Positions 33,201-48,000 of a DNA stretch of 64,000 nucleotides are shown piece by piece. Each line of letters begins with the position of its first letter. Position 1 is the stretch's first letter. The stretch comes from Camelus dromedarius (lineage: Eukaryota). Both the position numbers and the translations under genes were made by a program. Below the pieces are notes generated by a model that was not told where the DNA came from, searched no databases, and saw only the letters and a program-made list of their open reading frames with translations. The stretch lies in NCBI RefSeq assembly GCF_036321535.1, contig NC_087437.1, positions 80,602,001-80,666,000 of the forward strand. Direction: 5' to 3'.

Positions 33201-36200
33201 AAGCCAGTATCCAAACATGAACTTGTATTTGTAAGTCGAACTTTCCTTTCAACTTTAACATTTGTAACTAGTGTGTTAGTATTTATAGTCTTCTAAATTT
33301 TTTCTTAAACCACTTAAACTGCTTAACTATTGGCACTGACGTTGAAAATTTAAGCAGGTCTGTGCACTGTTATATGTGCCCAAAGTTTCCTACTATTGCC
33401 TCTTCCTTAATCGTAAATATCCCTGTTGTTTCTTTTCTTTAGAATGTAACTTATTAGTTTGTTGTTAATAACTCCTCCTCTCTTCTTTTTAATGGTATAT
33501 TGGTACAGGTAGAATATATTTCTGGAAGCAGTCTCTGGGTCATGCAGCAAGGTAAAATTAAGCTGGCTAGGTCTTTGTTTTTTGCCTGCATTAGTTTCAT
33601 ATATCATCAAATAAATTTCTGACTAATAAGAGAAGGCAGGAAGACGTGAGATGCAGGTTTTCATTGGATCGGGCAGAATGAACACAGCAGAAAATAGTGA
33701 GAACAATGTATCTTTTTTATTTAAATACATCTGTAGTAAAGAGTATCAGTCTAGCTCTTCATATTAATGGAATCTTTTAGAAGGGAATAAGGTGTCTTGT
33801 TTTAAATTCTGTTAAAGATAAAAATACAGATGATATATAATGCAACTCTTGGTCTCAAACTTATTTTGATAGGTTGACACCAAAGGAGTGGTGAAACGTT
33901 CTTCTCCAAAACATTGTCAGGCTGTCTTAAAACAGCTGAATGAACAGAGACTCTCTAACCAATTCTGTGATGTTACTTTGTTAATTGAAGGAGAAGAGTA
34001 CAAAGCTCATAAATCTGTTCTGTCAGCTAATAGCGAATATTTTCGAGATCTTTTTATTGAGAAAGGAGCTGTTTCCAGTCATGAGGCAGTGGTGGATCTT
34101 TCTGGTAAGAATTTTCTGATACTCTTGCTTTTTGTTAATAAGTGTCTACTGGAAGAGGGGTGTCTGTGTCTTACAAACTCAGGATTTATGCTCAAGTGGG
34201 AGAAGCCTAAGCTGAACTGAAAGGTCCTTCCTTTTAGTAAGGTTTCCAGGGTAGAGTTATGAAAAGACTGTCATTCCCTATCACTACCTGTTGGGTGAGA
34301 TAATTGTAGCAGAAGTAGTATTTCTGGCATTTACACTGTTAAAAACAGTTTGAGAGAAATCTAACTGTGTACCAGTGTTACTACACTAAATATATTATTT
34401 TAAAATTGACTGCCTGTATCTTATGTTGTGGAATGTGTAATTATAGAGGAATCCTGTGGGTCTGTTATTTTTTGTTATTTAAAATTAATCATTATAATTC
34501 ATTAGATTCAATAATCAAATTGTCAATATAGAATAATCAGAATTCCAAAGTATGGTTTTTCTGTTTCTTTGGTTTTATTATTGTTGTTGTTGTAAATGAA
34601 TAATTTGACTTTCTTTTGGCCTCACTAGAACTTATATTTTGGCTTAGGACTCAACAAATGAAAATTTAGGAAGAATAAAAATAGGTAACCTTATTTATAC
34701 ATTTCCTCATAAAATTAACTTTTGCTGTAACTCTTGAGTTACTGACACCACTGTGTGAAATGTCATTTTCCCTTTCTGAAACAACAAAAAAAAGTGACTT
34801 TATCCAAGTATATAAATACTTAACCTAGTTAACCACTGATCTTTTTCTATCTTATACTGTTAAAACTCACCTCTTCTGGAAAGACAAATTTATATATTTC
34901 TCCTTAACAGTAACTAGATGTTTAATTACTAAAAAATGTTTATTAAACATCCGCTGTGTGCAAGGAACTGGCCTGGGCTCTGGGTATGCAGTGGTGAACA
35001 AATACTTCTGTGGAATATAGAGTTGCATTACATTCTAGATTCATGACATTTGCTTTCTTTCTGAGTTCAGTGACTCAGAGGAGAAAATATATCTTATACT
35101 GGGCCATTTGAATAAAACTCATCACAAGTGTAGTCTCTGGATATGTGAACTTTGGAATTCTGTCCTTATCTTTCTTGAATCTGAAGCAGAAATAGGAAAG
35201 GGTATGAGTGTTGGTCTTTTCTGGTTTCTCAGCAGCTTATAGCAAATGAAATGTCTGCCCCAAAATAACTGCAACACAACATCTTAATATTCCAACAAGA
35301 TACCTCATTTATTATTTATTGTAATATATTGTTCAGCAAATATGACATAAACCAATAGCAGGTGAAGTAGACATTATTGAAAGTTTTGTTTGATTTTTAA
35401 ATATTGAATAGGTAAAGGCTATTTATAAAATATGTATAAAGTATTAAAACAGTGATAAAATGTACATTTTTTTAATTGTCTAATTTAATGTAATTCAGTT
35501 CATCAGTGTCTTCCTTTATGTTGTTTATGCTTTAAAGAAAAAAAAATTCTTCCCCCCAGAGGGTATAGCTCAGGGATAGACTGTGTGCTTAATATGCACA
35601 AGGTCCTGGGTTCAATCTCCAGCACCTCCATTAGAATAAATACATAAATAAACCTAATTACCTCCCCCTAACCGACCAAAAAATTCTTAACTACTCAGTC
35701 AAAAATATTTTCATATATTGGGTTTTTTTGGATTTTGATACTTTTTCTTTCATAATAACTTTTAATCTACTTGGTTTTTTTGTTGGTGGTGTAGGGTGGG
35801 TGTTTGATTTTGATCATTATTTATCTCAGAACCATTTAATGAAAACCCAATCCTCTTCCTACCCATTGACCATGCAAATTATCTTACAAAACACATTTTC
35901 ACATGTTTGGTGCTGATTCTAGGCTTTGTTCTAGTTTGTTGGTTGTCTCTGCCCATGTTATTATTATTGCTTGGTCTTAATTACCTTAGCTTTATAATAA
36001 TAGGAAAGTCCCACCTTTATTATTCTGGTGTGTCTTAGTTATTCAGAACTCTTTGTTCTTCCTTATAAGCTATAAAAGCCACTTGTCAACTTCCACAAAA
36101 AGACAAGAATGTATTTTGATAGGGATTATATCAACTTAATAAAGTTTAGAGGTTTGTCCATAAAAGTCTCACACATATTTTGTTAGATTATAAAATACTT

Positions 36201-36454
36201 TATACTTTTGATGCAATTATAGTTTTTTCTTAAAATTGCATAGTTTCTGATTTATTTTTGATGTATACTGATTCTATATGCAGTTATACCACTAAATTAC
36301 CTTAGTCTTTCAGATATTTATCTATAGATACTTTAACATTTTCCACATATAACAAATATGTTATCTGCTTAAAGTAATGGTTTTGTTTCTGCCTTTCCAG
36401 TCCTCATAGTTTGAACTTTTCTTTTTTCTCCCTTTACAATGCCATCTAGGGCCT

Positions 36455-36486
<32 letters not shown>

Positions 36487-38996
36487 AAAACGGCAGTTGA
36501 ATAGAAGTGGTGATAGAGTGCTCACTTATTCCCATTCTAAAGAAAGGGTGCTTTTTTACCAGGAAGTATATTATTTGGTAAACATTTTAAATAGATAACC
36601 CTTTACCTAAGGAAAATCGCTCTGAAATGAGTATGGACTTAGCATATAACTTTTTCTGTGTCTATTGAGATAGTCTTTATTTTTTTCATCCTGTTAATAT
36701 GAGGAATTACATTCATTTCCTAATGTTAACTCATTTTTTTATTCCTGAAATAAATCCAGTTTAGTCATACTATATCATCTTTTATAAAAACCACTATGTT
36801 TGGTTTGCTAATATTGTTTAGAACGTTTGCATCTGTATTCATAAGTAATTTAACTTTTTCACATTGTTTCTGTCATGTTTTGATATTAGAGTTGGCTTAG
36901 TCTTATAAAATGTGTGTTCTAATTTTTTACATGCATTGAAATGGTTACTATGAGATGAGAATAATTGTTTCTTAAATGTTTTGTAGAGTGATGGCTAAAA
37001 TTGACTAGGCCTATAGTGGATTTTGAGGGAAGATTTTTAACTACTAATCTGACGAATTTAGTGGTTAGGGAATTATTCTGTAGGTTTTCTATTTCATCTT
37101 CAGAAATTTATAGAAAGTTAAATTTTTGCCAGAATTTGTTCATTTTTAATACTCTCTTCTAAATGCCTCCAGTGACTACAGATGTCTCTTTCATTCCTTG
37201 TGCCTTCTCTTATTTCTAAATTTTTCTTACCAGAGGTTTACTGACTTTTTAAAAAATCCTGCTAAAGCAAAAGCTGGCAAATTATAACTTGCAGGCCAAA
37301 TCTGGCCCACTGCCTACTTTTGTAAATAAAATTTTATTGGGATGCAGCCACACCCATTCATTTATATATTGTCTATAACTGCTTTTGAGCTTACAAGGGC
37401 AGAATTGAATAGTTGCAACACAAGCCAGTGACCCATGAAACCTAAAATATTTGCTTATTTGGTGCTTTACAGAAAAACTTTGCTTATTCCTATGCCAAAA
37501 GCATAATTTTTTAAATGTTAAAAACCTGACTTTTGTGTGGAGGGTATAGCTCAAGTGGTAGAGTGCATGCTTAGCATGCAGGAGGTCTGGGGTTCAATCC
37601 CCAGTACCTCCTCCAAAGATAAATAAATGAATAAACCTAACTGCAACCCCCCCGACTTTTATGTAAGTGCTATAGTCCAGGGTTTTAGATAATTAATTGA
37701 ATAAACCAATAAGGTATTAAAACTGCTTCTAACACAATTTTGAAGAAATGAATTTTACATATTGTTATTCAGCCAGAGGCATGAATTTGCTTGAAATGAA
37801 TATCCTAATAGATGAAAAACTGGTTAATACCTTATAGGAAAATAAACTAAGTTTAGGGGTTTTCTTTCCTTCCCTGATAGAAATAGCTTCTCAACCTTTC
37901 ACAATTCATTTGCATTTGCTATTTCTGTAAGTTAATTTCTACAGTGTTGTAAAATATTTAGTCAATAGCAGTCAAGCAGTGGTGTGTGCTCACCACTGCT
38001 TTTAACGCAGTGGAATATATATAGCCAATATTTTTCAATAACCATAAATGGAGTATAACCTTTAAAGATTATGGAACACTATTGTACACCTGAAATTGAC
38101 ATAATATTGTACATCCACTATGCCTCAGTAAAAAAAAAATTTTTTAAACCCTGATAAATTCTTTTTGCCTAATCCCAGGTTTTGACTAATTTTTCCTGGC
38201 ACTCCTTCAAAGGACATTTATTGTTTTCTTTTATTAATTTCAGTGGCTCTTTATTATCTCATCTCCCTCTTTCTTTATTTGGGTGTGTACTCTGTTTATC
38301 TTTGTTTGTTTTAAATATGAAACTTAGCCCACTTAACTCCCAACCCTTTTTTTCTAGTTTAAGCATCCAAGGCTATAAATTTCTCTTTAATACTGTAGAT
38401 TTGTTACACTTACTTTTAAGCTTACATAGAGTCTGTTTTGATGTTTAATTTTGCTTAAGTAGAATGTGAGTTTTTTTTTCAGTTGGGTGCAATATTAAGT
38501 ATATTGTACGTTATATCAAGCTTGTTAATTGTTAATTCTTTTATTTACTGATTGTTTTGTGTGCTTGATTTATCACTTGCTGACAAGGGCTTTAGAATGT
38601 TAACTAGTGTGATTCATTTGTCTATTTCTTACTGAATTTCTTCAATTTTTTAAATGTATCTTGAAGCCATGTTAGTAGATGCGTATGTTTAGAATTACAG
38701 CTTTATGATAAAACATCCTTTTATCATTATATAGTGACCTTTATCTTTAGTGATGCTTTTCACTCTTAGTCTATGTTAGATGCTGTTGTAAACACATTTC
38801 TATTTTTCTATTTTAGCAGCTATTGTAAATATTTTTTAGCTATGTAAACTATTTTTGTTACTGTTTGCCTAGGATATCTTTCTTCCATCTTTTATTTTCA
38901 AACCTTTTTGTATCTTTATGTTTTTGATTTTTTTTTTAAATTTGTGGTTCATTTATTATTTGGGGGGAGATTAGGTTTGTTTGTTTGTTTGTTTGT

Positions 38997-39052
<56 letters not shown>

Positions 39053-42000
39053 TGGAGACACTGGGGATTGAACCCAAGACCTCATTCATACTAAGCATGC
39101 GTTCTGCCTCTGAGCTATACCCAACCCCACAAGATGTCTCTTTAAACATCATATTTCTGTATTTTGTTCTTAGTCCAGTATGAGTACCTTTGACTTTTAA
39201 CTGTCCTGCATGGAAATTGTTGGGCTTCCTAAACCCAGCAGTTGAGATTGTTCTCTCTCATTTGTTGAGAAAAATTCTCAACCAGTGTCTCTTTGAAAAT
39301 TATGTCTGCCTCAGTCAGTCCAGTTAAACAGACATTCTTATTTTATATTCAGTGTCTCTTAATCTCTCTTTCATATTTTGTTCTTTTCTTTGTAGATAAT
39401 TCTGGAAAATTATAGTTTACTCTTTGGCTGTGTCTAATTTGCTGTTAAATTAATTTATTGCATTTTTAAATTCCAGTTTGTTTTCCATTTTTAGAGGTTC
39501 TATTTATTTCTTTTTCAGATGCCTCTTTTAGGGACTAATTTTTATGATCTTTTGCTCTTTACTGGTATTATGCCACCTTTGTTTTCTGTATCTGATCGTA
39601 GTAGTACTTAAAATCTTTGCTTATTTGATTCATGTTGCTATCTCCTGTTCATGGTGCGTTGTTTCTTTGTGATTTTTAAAAAATATTTATATGCACTGAA
39701 TTCGTATTCTTGAAAACTGTGGGAAGTCTTTGAGTCCTGGGTTGAAGGTGTTTTTTTAACAGAGAAAATATTTGATTCTTTAGGTACTGAGGGCATTACT
39801 GCCCTCCGAATTTAAAAGATTCTCAGCTTGAGGTTTTTCTTCTGACTACTAAAATGCTATATATTCAACAAAAACCCCCACCAAATTAAGTTGGCTTGTG
39901 GTCATGACAGCTCAGGGAAGATTTCTCCACCTTTTCCACTCAGTGCTAGGGTACTCACTGGATGTATTTAAAATAATGTTTTAAATTATGTTTAGGTTTT
40001 TTGTTTAAATGTGTCAATCAGGATTTCTTAGTCTGCCATACTGCTGGATGTGGAAGTCCCTATCATAGTATTTCTATCTATAACCATTGTCCACTTTAAA
40101 ATTTTTTAAAATTTTGTTATAAAACATAAAATTTACCCTCCTAATGATTTTTGAGTATACAGTTCAGTGGTGTTAACTGTAGTCACATTATTGTGTAACA
40201 TCTCTAGAACGTGTTCATTTTACAAAAGTGTCCGTTTTATTTTGATTAAAATGTTTTGCAGAGTGTGTGTATGTGTATGTAAAAAGGCCAGGGGTAAAAA
40301 CAAAATAACAAAATTATCTGCCTATTATCTCTTGGCACTAGGATTCTGAGTGATTTTTATTTTCTTATTTTCTTTTGTGTTTTATAGTATTTTGCAGTAA
40401 ACATTTGACCTGTATCTTTTTTGCGGGGGGAGGTTTATTTGAAACAGTGTTAATTCTTTCACTGGAAATTTTAATGACTTCAAACATAGACATTAAAAAG
40501 GTACCAGGTAAAAGACAAAAAACAGATTATTTTATTAGTATGTGGGGGTTTTTTTTGTAAGAAATATTCCTACTTATCTCAAGCTTATTAAACTTGGTTT
40601 CATAATTGGTAGTAATATTAATATGCTTCAGCCTATTTTTAATTATCAGCTTTGCTAAGAATGACTGAATTAGCCATGATGGTAATATTGATGTGTATAG
40701 TCTGATCAGTTTTCAACTTGATTCCTAATATATCTTACAGTTTAAGGCTTCCCTGTATACTTGTTTATCCCCTGTTTACCTGTGTAAGAGAATCACATTT
40801 TATGTATCCTGAGTCAAAACTGAAAGACACAGCAAACATGAGTTTTAAAAGATTGCTTGGCTCTCTGTATTTTAATAAAAGATCTCTTAAGATAAATTAT
40901 TATGTGGGAAAAGCAAGGCACAGAAAAGTATGTGTAATATGACACCTACTGTAAGAAGGAGGAATAAGAGTATTTGCTTAAAGGAGACTCTAGAAAGCTA
41001 TACAAATTCTTAATCATACTTGTTATGGAGATGGAGTTGGACTCTGCAATCTTCTGATTTTTGAATTACATGAATATTAAAAATGGCTATGATAGTGAAG
41101 TACTGAGAACTTAGAAAAGAACTGAACTGATCTTATTTTCTCACATAAAATGAGAACCTGATATCTCATGTGTATAGTAATTATTCCTTTAGACCAAGGA
41201 TAAACAAACTATATCTAAAGATCAGTCCCCCTTTCCCTCCCTTTTTGTAAATCAAATTGTAACACAGCCCCACCCATTTGTATGCATATTATTTATGCGT
41301 ATAAATGGGCTTCTCTTTGTAACTACAAAACAGAATCGAGTGGTTGCAAGACACTTGGTGGCCTGAAATATTTACTATGTAATTCTTACAGAAAAATTTT
41401 GCCTGCCCCCTGCCTTAGGCTTTGTTTTTAAATTTTTAGTAGTAGGAGCCTTTGTTCACAGTCAGATTTTCATATGCACTTCTATTATTAAAATACACAG
41501 CCATACTTAACTGCAGTCAGGTTAGGAGACAGGTTGGTTGAACCCTGCCTACTCACCTGCCTCCCTCTCTTTTTTTACCCTCCATTCTCCAGCAGCTGTT
41601 TCTTGAGGGGAATTTGAGGAACCCCCGGGGTTCTAAGGAGTACAGTTTGAAAATGACTGCCTTACAACAACTCTTTGAGGTAGTAAGTCTGATATTATTT
41701 TCTATTTTAGGTATTGAGAGACTCGGCTCATAAAAGTGAGTTAGTCAAGGCTTAATAAGCAACCAGGACACAAAACAAATCCAGGGTGTTTAATTGCAGA
41801 AGAAATGATCGCATTTGCCTTTATATTCTATTTTATATTGTCATAATCATATATTAATTGTTCTTATAAGGTGTCTTAGTAGTGATTTGACTTTTTTGTC
41901 CTCCATCTTTCTTGTTTCGTATAGGTTTTTGTAAGGCAAGCTTCCTTCCTTTACTAGAATTTGCCTATACTTCTGTGCTAAGTTTTGACTTCTGTAGCAT

Positions 42001-45000
42001 GGCTGATGTAGCCATCTTGGCTCGTCATCTTTTCATGTCAGAAGTTTTAGAAATCTGTGAAAGTGTACATAAACTAATGGAAGAGAAGCAGCTAACAGTG
42101 TATAAGAAGGGTGAAGTACAAACAGTTGCATCTACCCAGGACTTACCAGCACAGAATGGAGGTACAGCACCTCCTGTGTCTAGCAGTGAGGGAGCCACAA
42201 CCGCTTTATCCACTGAACTTGGGGATTGTGAAATTGTACTGCTGGTGAACGGAGAGTTGCCAGAAGCTGAGCAGAACAGAGAGCTAGGACAGCAGCCTGA
42301 GCCCCAGGTCTCTTCACAGGCTGAAGCCACTCTGTCACCTGTAGGCTGTGGAACTGATTCCCATTCTGAAATGGAGTCTGTTGACTTAGTAAGAAAAAGC
42401 AACCAGAAAGAACTAGAAACTGTAAACAGCAAAGAAGATAGCACAGTTTCCAGTACTCATCCTGAGCTTTCAAAAGAGAATGTAATCAGTAGCTCTCCAG
42501 AAAACAGCGATGTGGGAAATGACACAGCAACTGAGGATGTCTGTGCTGAAGATATTCCAGAGCACAGGCAGAACCTTGGGCAGTCTTTCAAAGACCAGGA
42601 AAACCTAGCTGAACCACCAGCAGAGACAGACCTCGGCCCTGATGATGAGACTTACAGAAGCAGGCTTCGGCAGCGTTCTGTTAACGAAGGGGGATATATC
42701 CGACTACACAAAGGAATGGAGAAAAAGCTGCAGAAGCGGAAAGCCATTTCCAAGTCAGCCGTTCAACAGGTATGATGAAAAAGGAGTTCACTTTTTAGTT
42801 TTAACTTTTAAGTTGAAAGCATTCTGTTGACAAACTTACGGTGAAAATTGGCGGGTAAAGGGGAGTGGTTGCAGGAAAGCAATTTAGTGTTTGAAATACC
42901 ATTGTTAATAAGATGATGTGGATTTGAGATATTTATAATATGACTTTAAAAATCAAAATGAATATATTTAGATTGTGTTTTCTGTCCCTTAATTAGGTGG
43001 CTCAGAAATTAGTTCAAAGAGGAAAAAAGATGAAACAGCCAAAAAGGGATGCTAAAGAGAATACTGAAGAAGAAGCATCCCATAAATGTGGGGAATGTGG
43101 AATGGTTTTTCAGAGACGATACGCCCTTATAAAGCATATACTGAAACATGAAAGAGCTAGAGATTACAAGTGTCCAGTAAGTATCTGGAAAGCTACTTAA
43201 AGACGACTCTAACTCCATTATAAATAGAATCCAACTTACTGCGTCATTTTTATCTGACCATTTGTGTTTTCTCTCTGTCTCCGTTATGTTGCTATGAGTC
43301 ATCTTCTGATTTGTACATGTCATTTTCTTGCCAAAAAAGAAAATTCAATGACTTACTTCTGCTTCTTTTTGATACCCTGGTAAGATGACAGTAAAACAAT
43401 CATTTAAAAAATATAAGCTCATAGAAAGGCAAAAAACAGGAGACCTTGGTAACTAAATTCTGGGCTCTGATAGGTAGATGGAGTCTGATTCAGCAGATTT
43501 GAAAGCACTCATTCCCAGGCTTTCCGTAGGGGAAACTAAGAATCCAAATTGCATTGCAGAACTACCAAAAGACTCAGGAGTTAACAGTATGGGCTACCTT
43601 CAAAGTAGAGGGGACTCTGGTTGTTAGAAACGTCTTTTTAAGAAGCAAGTAAATCACTACCACCACCTTTTCAGCCAAAGATCCATCTTCTACTCTCTGA
43701 AAAAGGTAAACCATAACTGCTTTAGGGAACACTGAACAGTGAAGGTGAATGTACTGTACCTCAAACAGGGGAAAGTAAAAGCTTACATATTGAATCCTTT
43801 CAAGTTCTCTTTCCCTGCTCAAGTCCCAGAGTATTAGCCAGATCCTTAACCCTAAAGCAAAGATTTCTTAGAGATGTGAAATCTGAATCCCAGTAACAGA
43901 AGACCTAAAGATACCACTCACTAAAGCCTGTGATCAGCAATTTACTCCCCTACTTACACAGAAATTTCCAGTAGCATCAGGGGTGCAGACTCATGACAGG
44001 TATTTCATGGGGAAAAATGCAACTTGGAGGAATCCCAGACTATACAGTGAGAAGAAAACTCAAACAAACAAACAAACAACCAAAACAAAACAAAACAAAA
44101 ACGACAAAGTATGATTTATATCCGAGATAAATGAAAAAGTTACCTCAGTGAAACAGTAACCAGGTACTGTGTTTTTAAAAGAGTACCTTAGGAGAACAGA
44201 AGAGTTTTTCAGGAATAATATATATAATAATAACATACAAAAATCTCAGAAAAATAATTGACTAAATCACCCAGAAAATAAAGCAAAAGACAAGTTAGAA
44301 GGGAGTGAAAGAAATTTAGAAGATTGGTCTAGGTTGTCTTCTCATAGCCAGATAATTCCAAATAGAGAGCATGGAGAGAGAGAAAGAACGCGTTAGTGCA
44401 GTAAAGAAAAATTTCAGAACTTTAGAATGCCAATCACCATGGATGAAAATAAATCTGTGCCAAGATATATTATGGAATTTCAGAACCAAGGGACAAAAAA
44501 TCTTACAAATGCAAGAGAGAAAAAAGATGGTCAGGCCGATGGAAAGGGAAAGGACAAGAATGGCACCAGTACTTTTGGTGGCAGCAGTAGGGTCTAGCAG
44601 ACAGAGGCACGATGTCTTTACAGCACTGAGAGGGAATCAATCAGTTCTAACTTGGAATCAACAGTCAAGCTATATTTGTGATGGTAGAATAAGAGCTGTT
44701 TCAGATACACGTTGTCTGCATAGTTTTACCTCCCAAACTCCCTTTCTCAGGAAGCTATTGGCAGAGATGTTCCACTAAAATGAGCAGGACATGGGGAGTG
44801 GGAAGCTTGGAGTCCACATCTGTGAGGAGTCTGAGCATGGGACACATCCACCCTAGATCGTTGACATAGTTCTTTGACAGAGATCTCCCACAAGGTGATG
44901 TGTTTTCTACCTTCTCTCAGCAGATGAATGAGGGAAGGGTTTGATGATGATGAATTAGTAAATACAAAGAGAAATAGGGGAAATAGAAGACAAAAAGTCA

Positions 45001-48000
45001 AATATATGTATGTATATGCATGACTGGGGCATTGTGCTGTACACCAGAAAGTACATGACCGTACTTCAATTAAAAAAAAAGGAAAGAAATTTCTGGAGTT
45101 GGGGAAGAAAGGAAAGAGAGTCATACTGTACAATATGGCCTGGCTGTAATAATATTTACATCATTTAAATAATGTAAACACTGAAGGTGATCTCATCAAA
45201 ATGACAACAAAGCTGTATTGAGAAAGGGTGACGGCAAGGATTTGCGTGCGTGTAAGGAGTGGAGAGTTGAAGGAGGGAGTCATTGCCCATTATTCATATT
45301 ACTTAGAGTTAACAAAGATAATCATCAAAAGAGTCAAAAAAGTAGAGGTAGTGAACCAACAGGCAGTTTTATTTTTAAAAAGTTTTGTAGACTGACAATA
45401 TATAACATTGATTTTAAAATAAAGAACAAAAACTTCAACAGCTACAGGGTAAAATCCAAAGACTATTACAGTTTTATCCTACTTTTTCCAGCCCCTATTT
45501 TTGCTCCACCTGACAACTGTTAGTTCTCATATAATGGTTGTATTCTTGTCTTTGCCTGTATGTTACAGTTCCTTCCAGAACCAGCCTCACTGATGACGCC
45601 TTTCCTTACTGATTGCTCCTTCTCACATCCTGTCTCTGTGGTTAGATTATAACCCTCTGCAGAGAGGAGCCGGGTCTGTCCCTTTTATCTATGTACTCTG
45701 GTCCCTAGCATACTGCCTTTTACATAATATATGTCTTTTGATTTATATAATTGTAACAAAGAAATGGAAAGTTGTTTCACTTAACATTTGTAATGGAAAT
45801 ATATTCAGACAGAATTTTATTTACTTTTTCTTTTAGTTGTGTAAAAAACAGTTTCAGTACAGTGCCTCATTGCGAGCACACCTTATTCGACATACGAGGA
45901 AAGATCCACCTCCTTCGTCTTCTTCCAATTCTACATCTAATGAGGCATCAGGATCATCATCTGAGAAGGGCAGAACCAAACGAGAATTTATATGTTCCAT
46001 ATGTGGAAGGACATTACCTAAATTATATTCTCTTCGAATACATATGTTAAAGCACACAGGTGTAAAGCCACATGCATGCCAGGTAAAGCCGCAACATTAA
46101 TTTTGTTATTTAAAGAAGATTCAAACTTAACTGGTGATAAGACTGGTTGGTTCTGGAGTCACCCTTTTGTAAAATGTTACAGGAATTCCATAACTTCTTC
46201 AGTTTGTTGCCTAGGTCAAGGGTGATTCCCAGTTGTGCTCTTTAGTTTCTTGTCTGAAGTTGTTATTTGAAATGAATGTATTTAGGTTATTTATGAAACT
46301 TGCTAGGATTCGAAGGAGGTACTGGGTGAGAATAACCAATTCATCATCCCCGTCTTCACTTAACCTTCAGCAGGACCAGTCTGAACTGGAAGGGAACGAA
46401 TGGCTCAAACAAATCTGCTTAGCAAAAATTCTGCCTAAGCTGTGTAGCCTTCTCTAGAGCTGAGGTCTGAGGGTTCCTAAATGCCGAAATGTGATTCCTA
46501 AGTAAAGAATCCTGGGATTAGCCAGCTCTGGGCTATTTAGAAACAAAATTTTCTAGTGGCATCTGTAGCCTTGCATATAAGAATGACCCACTGTTTTGAT
46601 TAATAAACAGTTTGGGAACCATTGAGATTTTTAATGTTTCTCTCTCTCTCTTTTTTTTTTTTTAAGCTTTTTAATATATGAAAAAAGAATGTAAGAGAAT
46701 AGAATAGACCCTTTGGTACCTTTCACCCGGCTTCAGTAGCTATCAGCACACGGTCAATTGTTTTATGTGTGTTGTCCCTCCTTTACTTCCCACTCTCTTC
46801 AGTTATTTTGCAGCCAAGTCCTAAGTATCATTTTATTCATAAATTTAAAAACTAAGTGTTAACTGGGCCTCTGGTCTTCTAGTATGGCACTGCTCAAAAT
46901 GTGTGGTTCATGGAAGATAAGTACAAAAATGGAGAATAAACATGTAGAAACTGTCATGGCATTTTGACATTGTTGCGACATTTTTATTGTGTTTAACAAA
47001 AAACCTCTCTCCAGTGGACTGGAGAAAGAAAGAAACTGGTTCCTCATCTCAGTTCCTTCTCAGAGAGTTTGAGAAGCACTGTTCTGGCTGGTACAGCAGG
47101 AAGTGAGTGTGTTGTTCTTGATTAGGCTCCTATGGCTCTTGTAATTCAAGGTATACTGTTTACCGGTCTCACAAAGGACAGGGATTTCTTCGGTACTGTT
47201 CTGAGTTCGTCCAAAGATCACATGGATGTAAAAAATAAATAGCAGTATTTGTAAAATACTGAATCAGAAGATGATCAGCCAGCTAAAATCCTTGACCCTT
47301 GTTTCAGCTTTGTCATTCTGTTTCTTTTTTAGGTTTTTTTATTTAAATGGCTTACTAGTTTCTCTGTCCTCATTCTTCAGAAACAGCCCCTATCTCTCTT
47401 TCTGTTTTAATGGTTTAAACACCTGTGCTGTCTTAGGTCTGTGGAAAGACTTTCATCTACAAGCATGGTCTAAAATTACACCAGAGTCTCCATCAATCAC
47501 AAAAGCAGTTCCAGTGTGAACTGTGTGTTAAGTCATTTGTTACCAAACGGAGTCTTCAGGAACACATGAGTATTCACACAGGTAATGAGAAATTCATATT
47601 GACCTGATTACACACTATATACTCTTTGTTATTATATTGATTACACAGTAAGTATTTTGGAAATTGTATTGATATACTAATGGCTATATGCGTGCAGTTT
47701 TTTATTAATGAGAGTAAAGTTTAAAAGTTGTTAAATCAGTGATGAGCAGGAACGCAGGGCAAATGTTGAGTTGAGGCTTCAAGACCCATCAGGGCAGTAG
47801 GGAAAAGTCAGATCCTGGGGACTCTTTGGGAAATTAGCAGAGTAAAGAGACTGTGGCAGAGGGGCACATGACACCCACTGCAGTCGCCCACTGAGTGCAG
47901 TTTGCTGCTGCCATGTGGCTCTAGGGGTCTGTCCCCAGAGACTTGGGTGCCATCAGGTTCCAGTTCTGGTCTAGGACCCCAGCCACCTCCAGCCTTGTTT

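Larger units (their letters stand above)
35690..39900 (-). mobile_element. Fragmented ancient L1 (antisense) filling ZBTB11 intron 3, interrupted by SINEs and MER58
   Basis: T-rich ORF2-type remnants such as ttgaatagaagtggtgatagag, tttggtttgctaatattgtttagaacgtttgcatctgtattcata and ttgaagccatgttagtagatgc. Confidence 0.65.

Noticed and set aside
37539..37615. tRNA-Ala(AGC) gene call (also the other SINE heads)
   Set aside because: Mismatched stems, a shared non-tRNA tail, poly(A) and TSDs identify these as SINEs.
42025..42473. Antisense ORFs (139 and 97 aa) over ZBTB11 exon 4
   Set aside because: Shadow ORFs of a coding exon.
44371..44778. 135-aa ORF in ZBTB11 intron 5
   Set aside because: Lies in A-rich, decayed L1-like sequence, has no exon boundaries, and ZBTB11 is complete without it.
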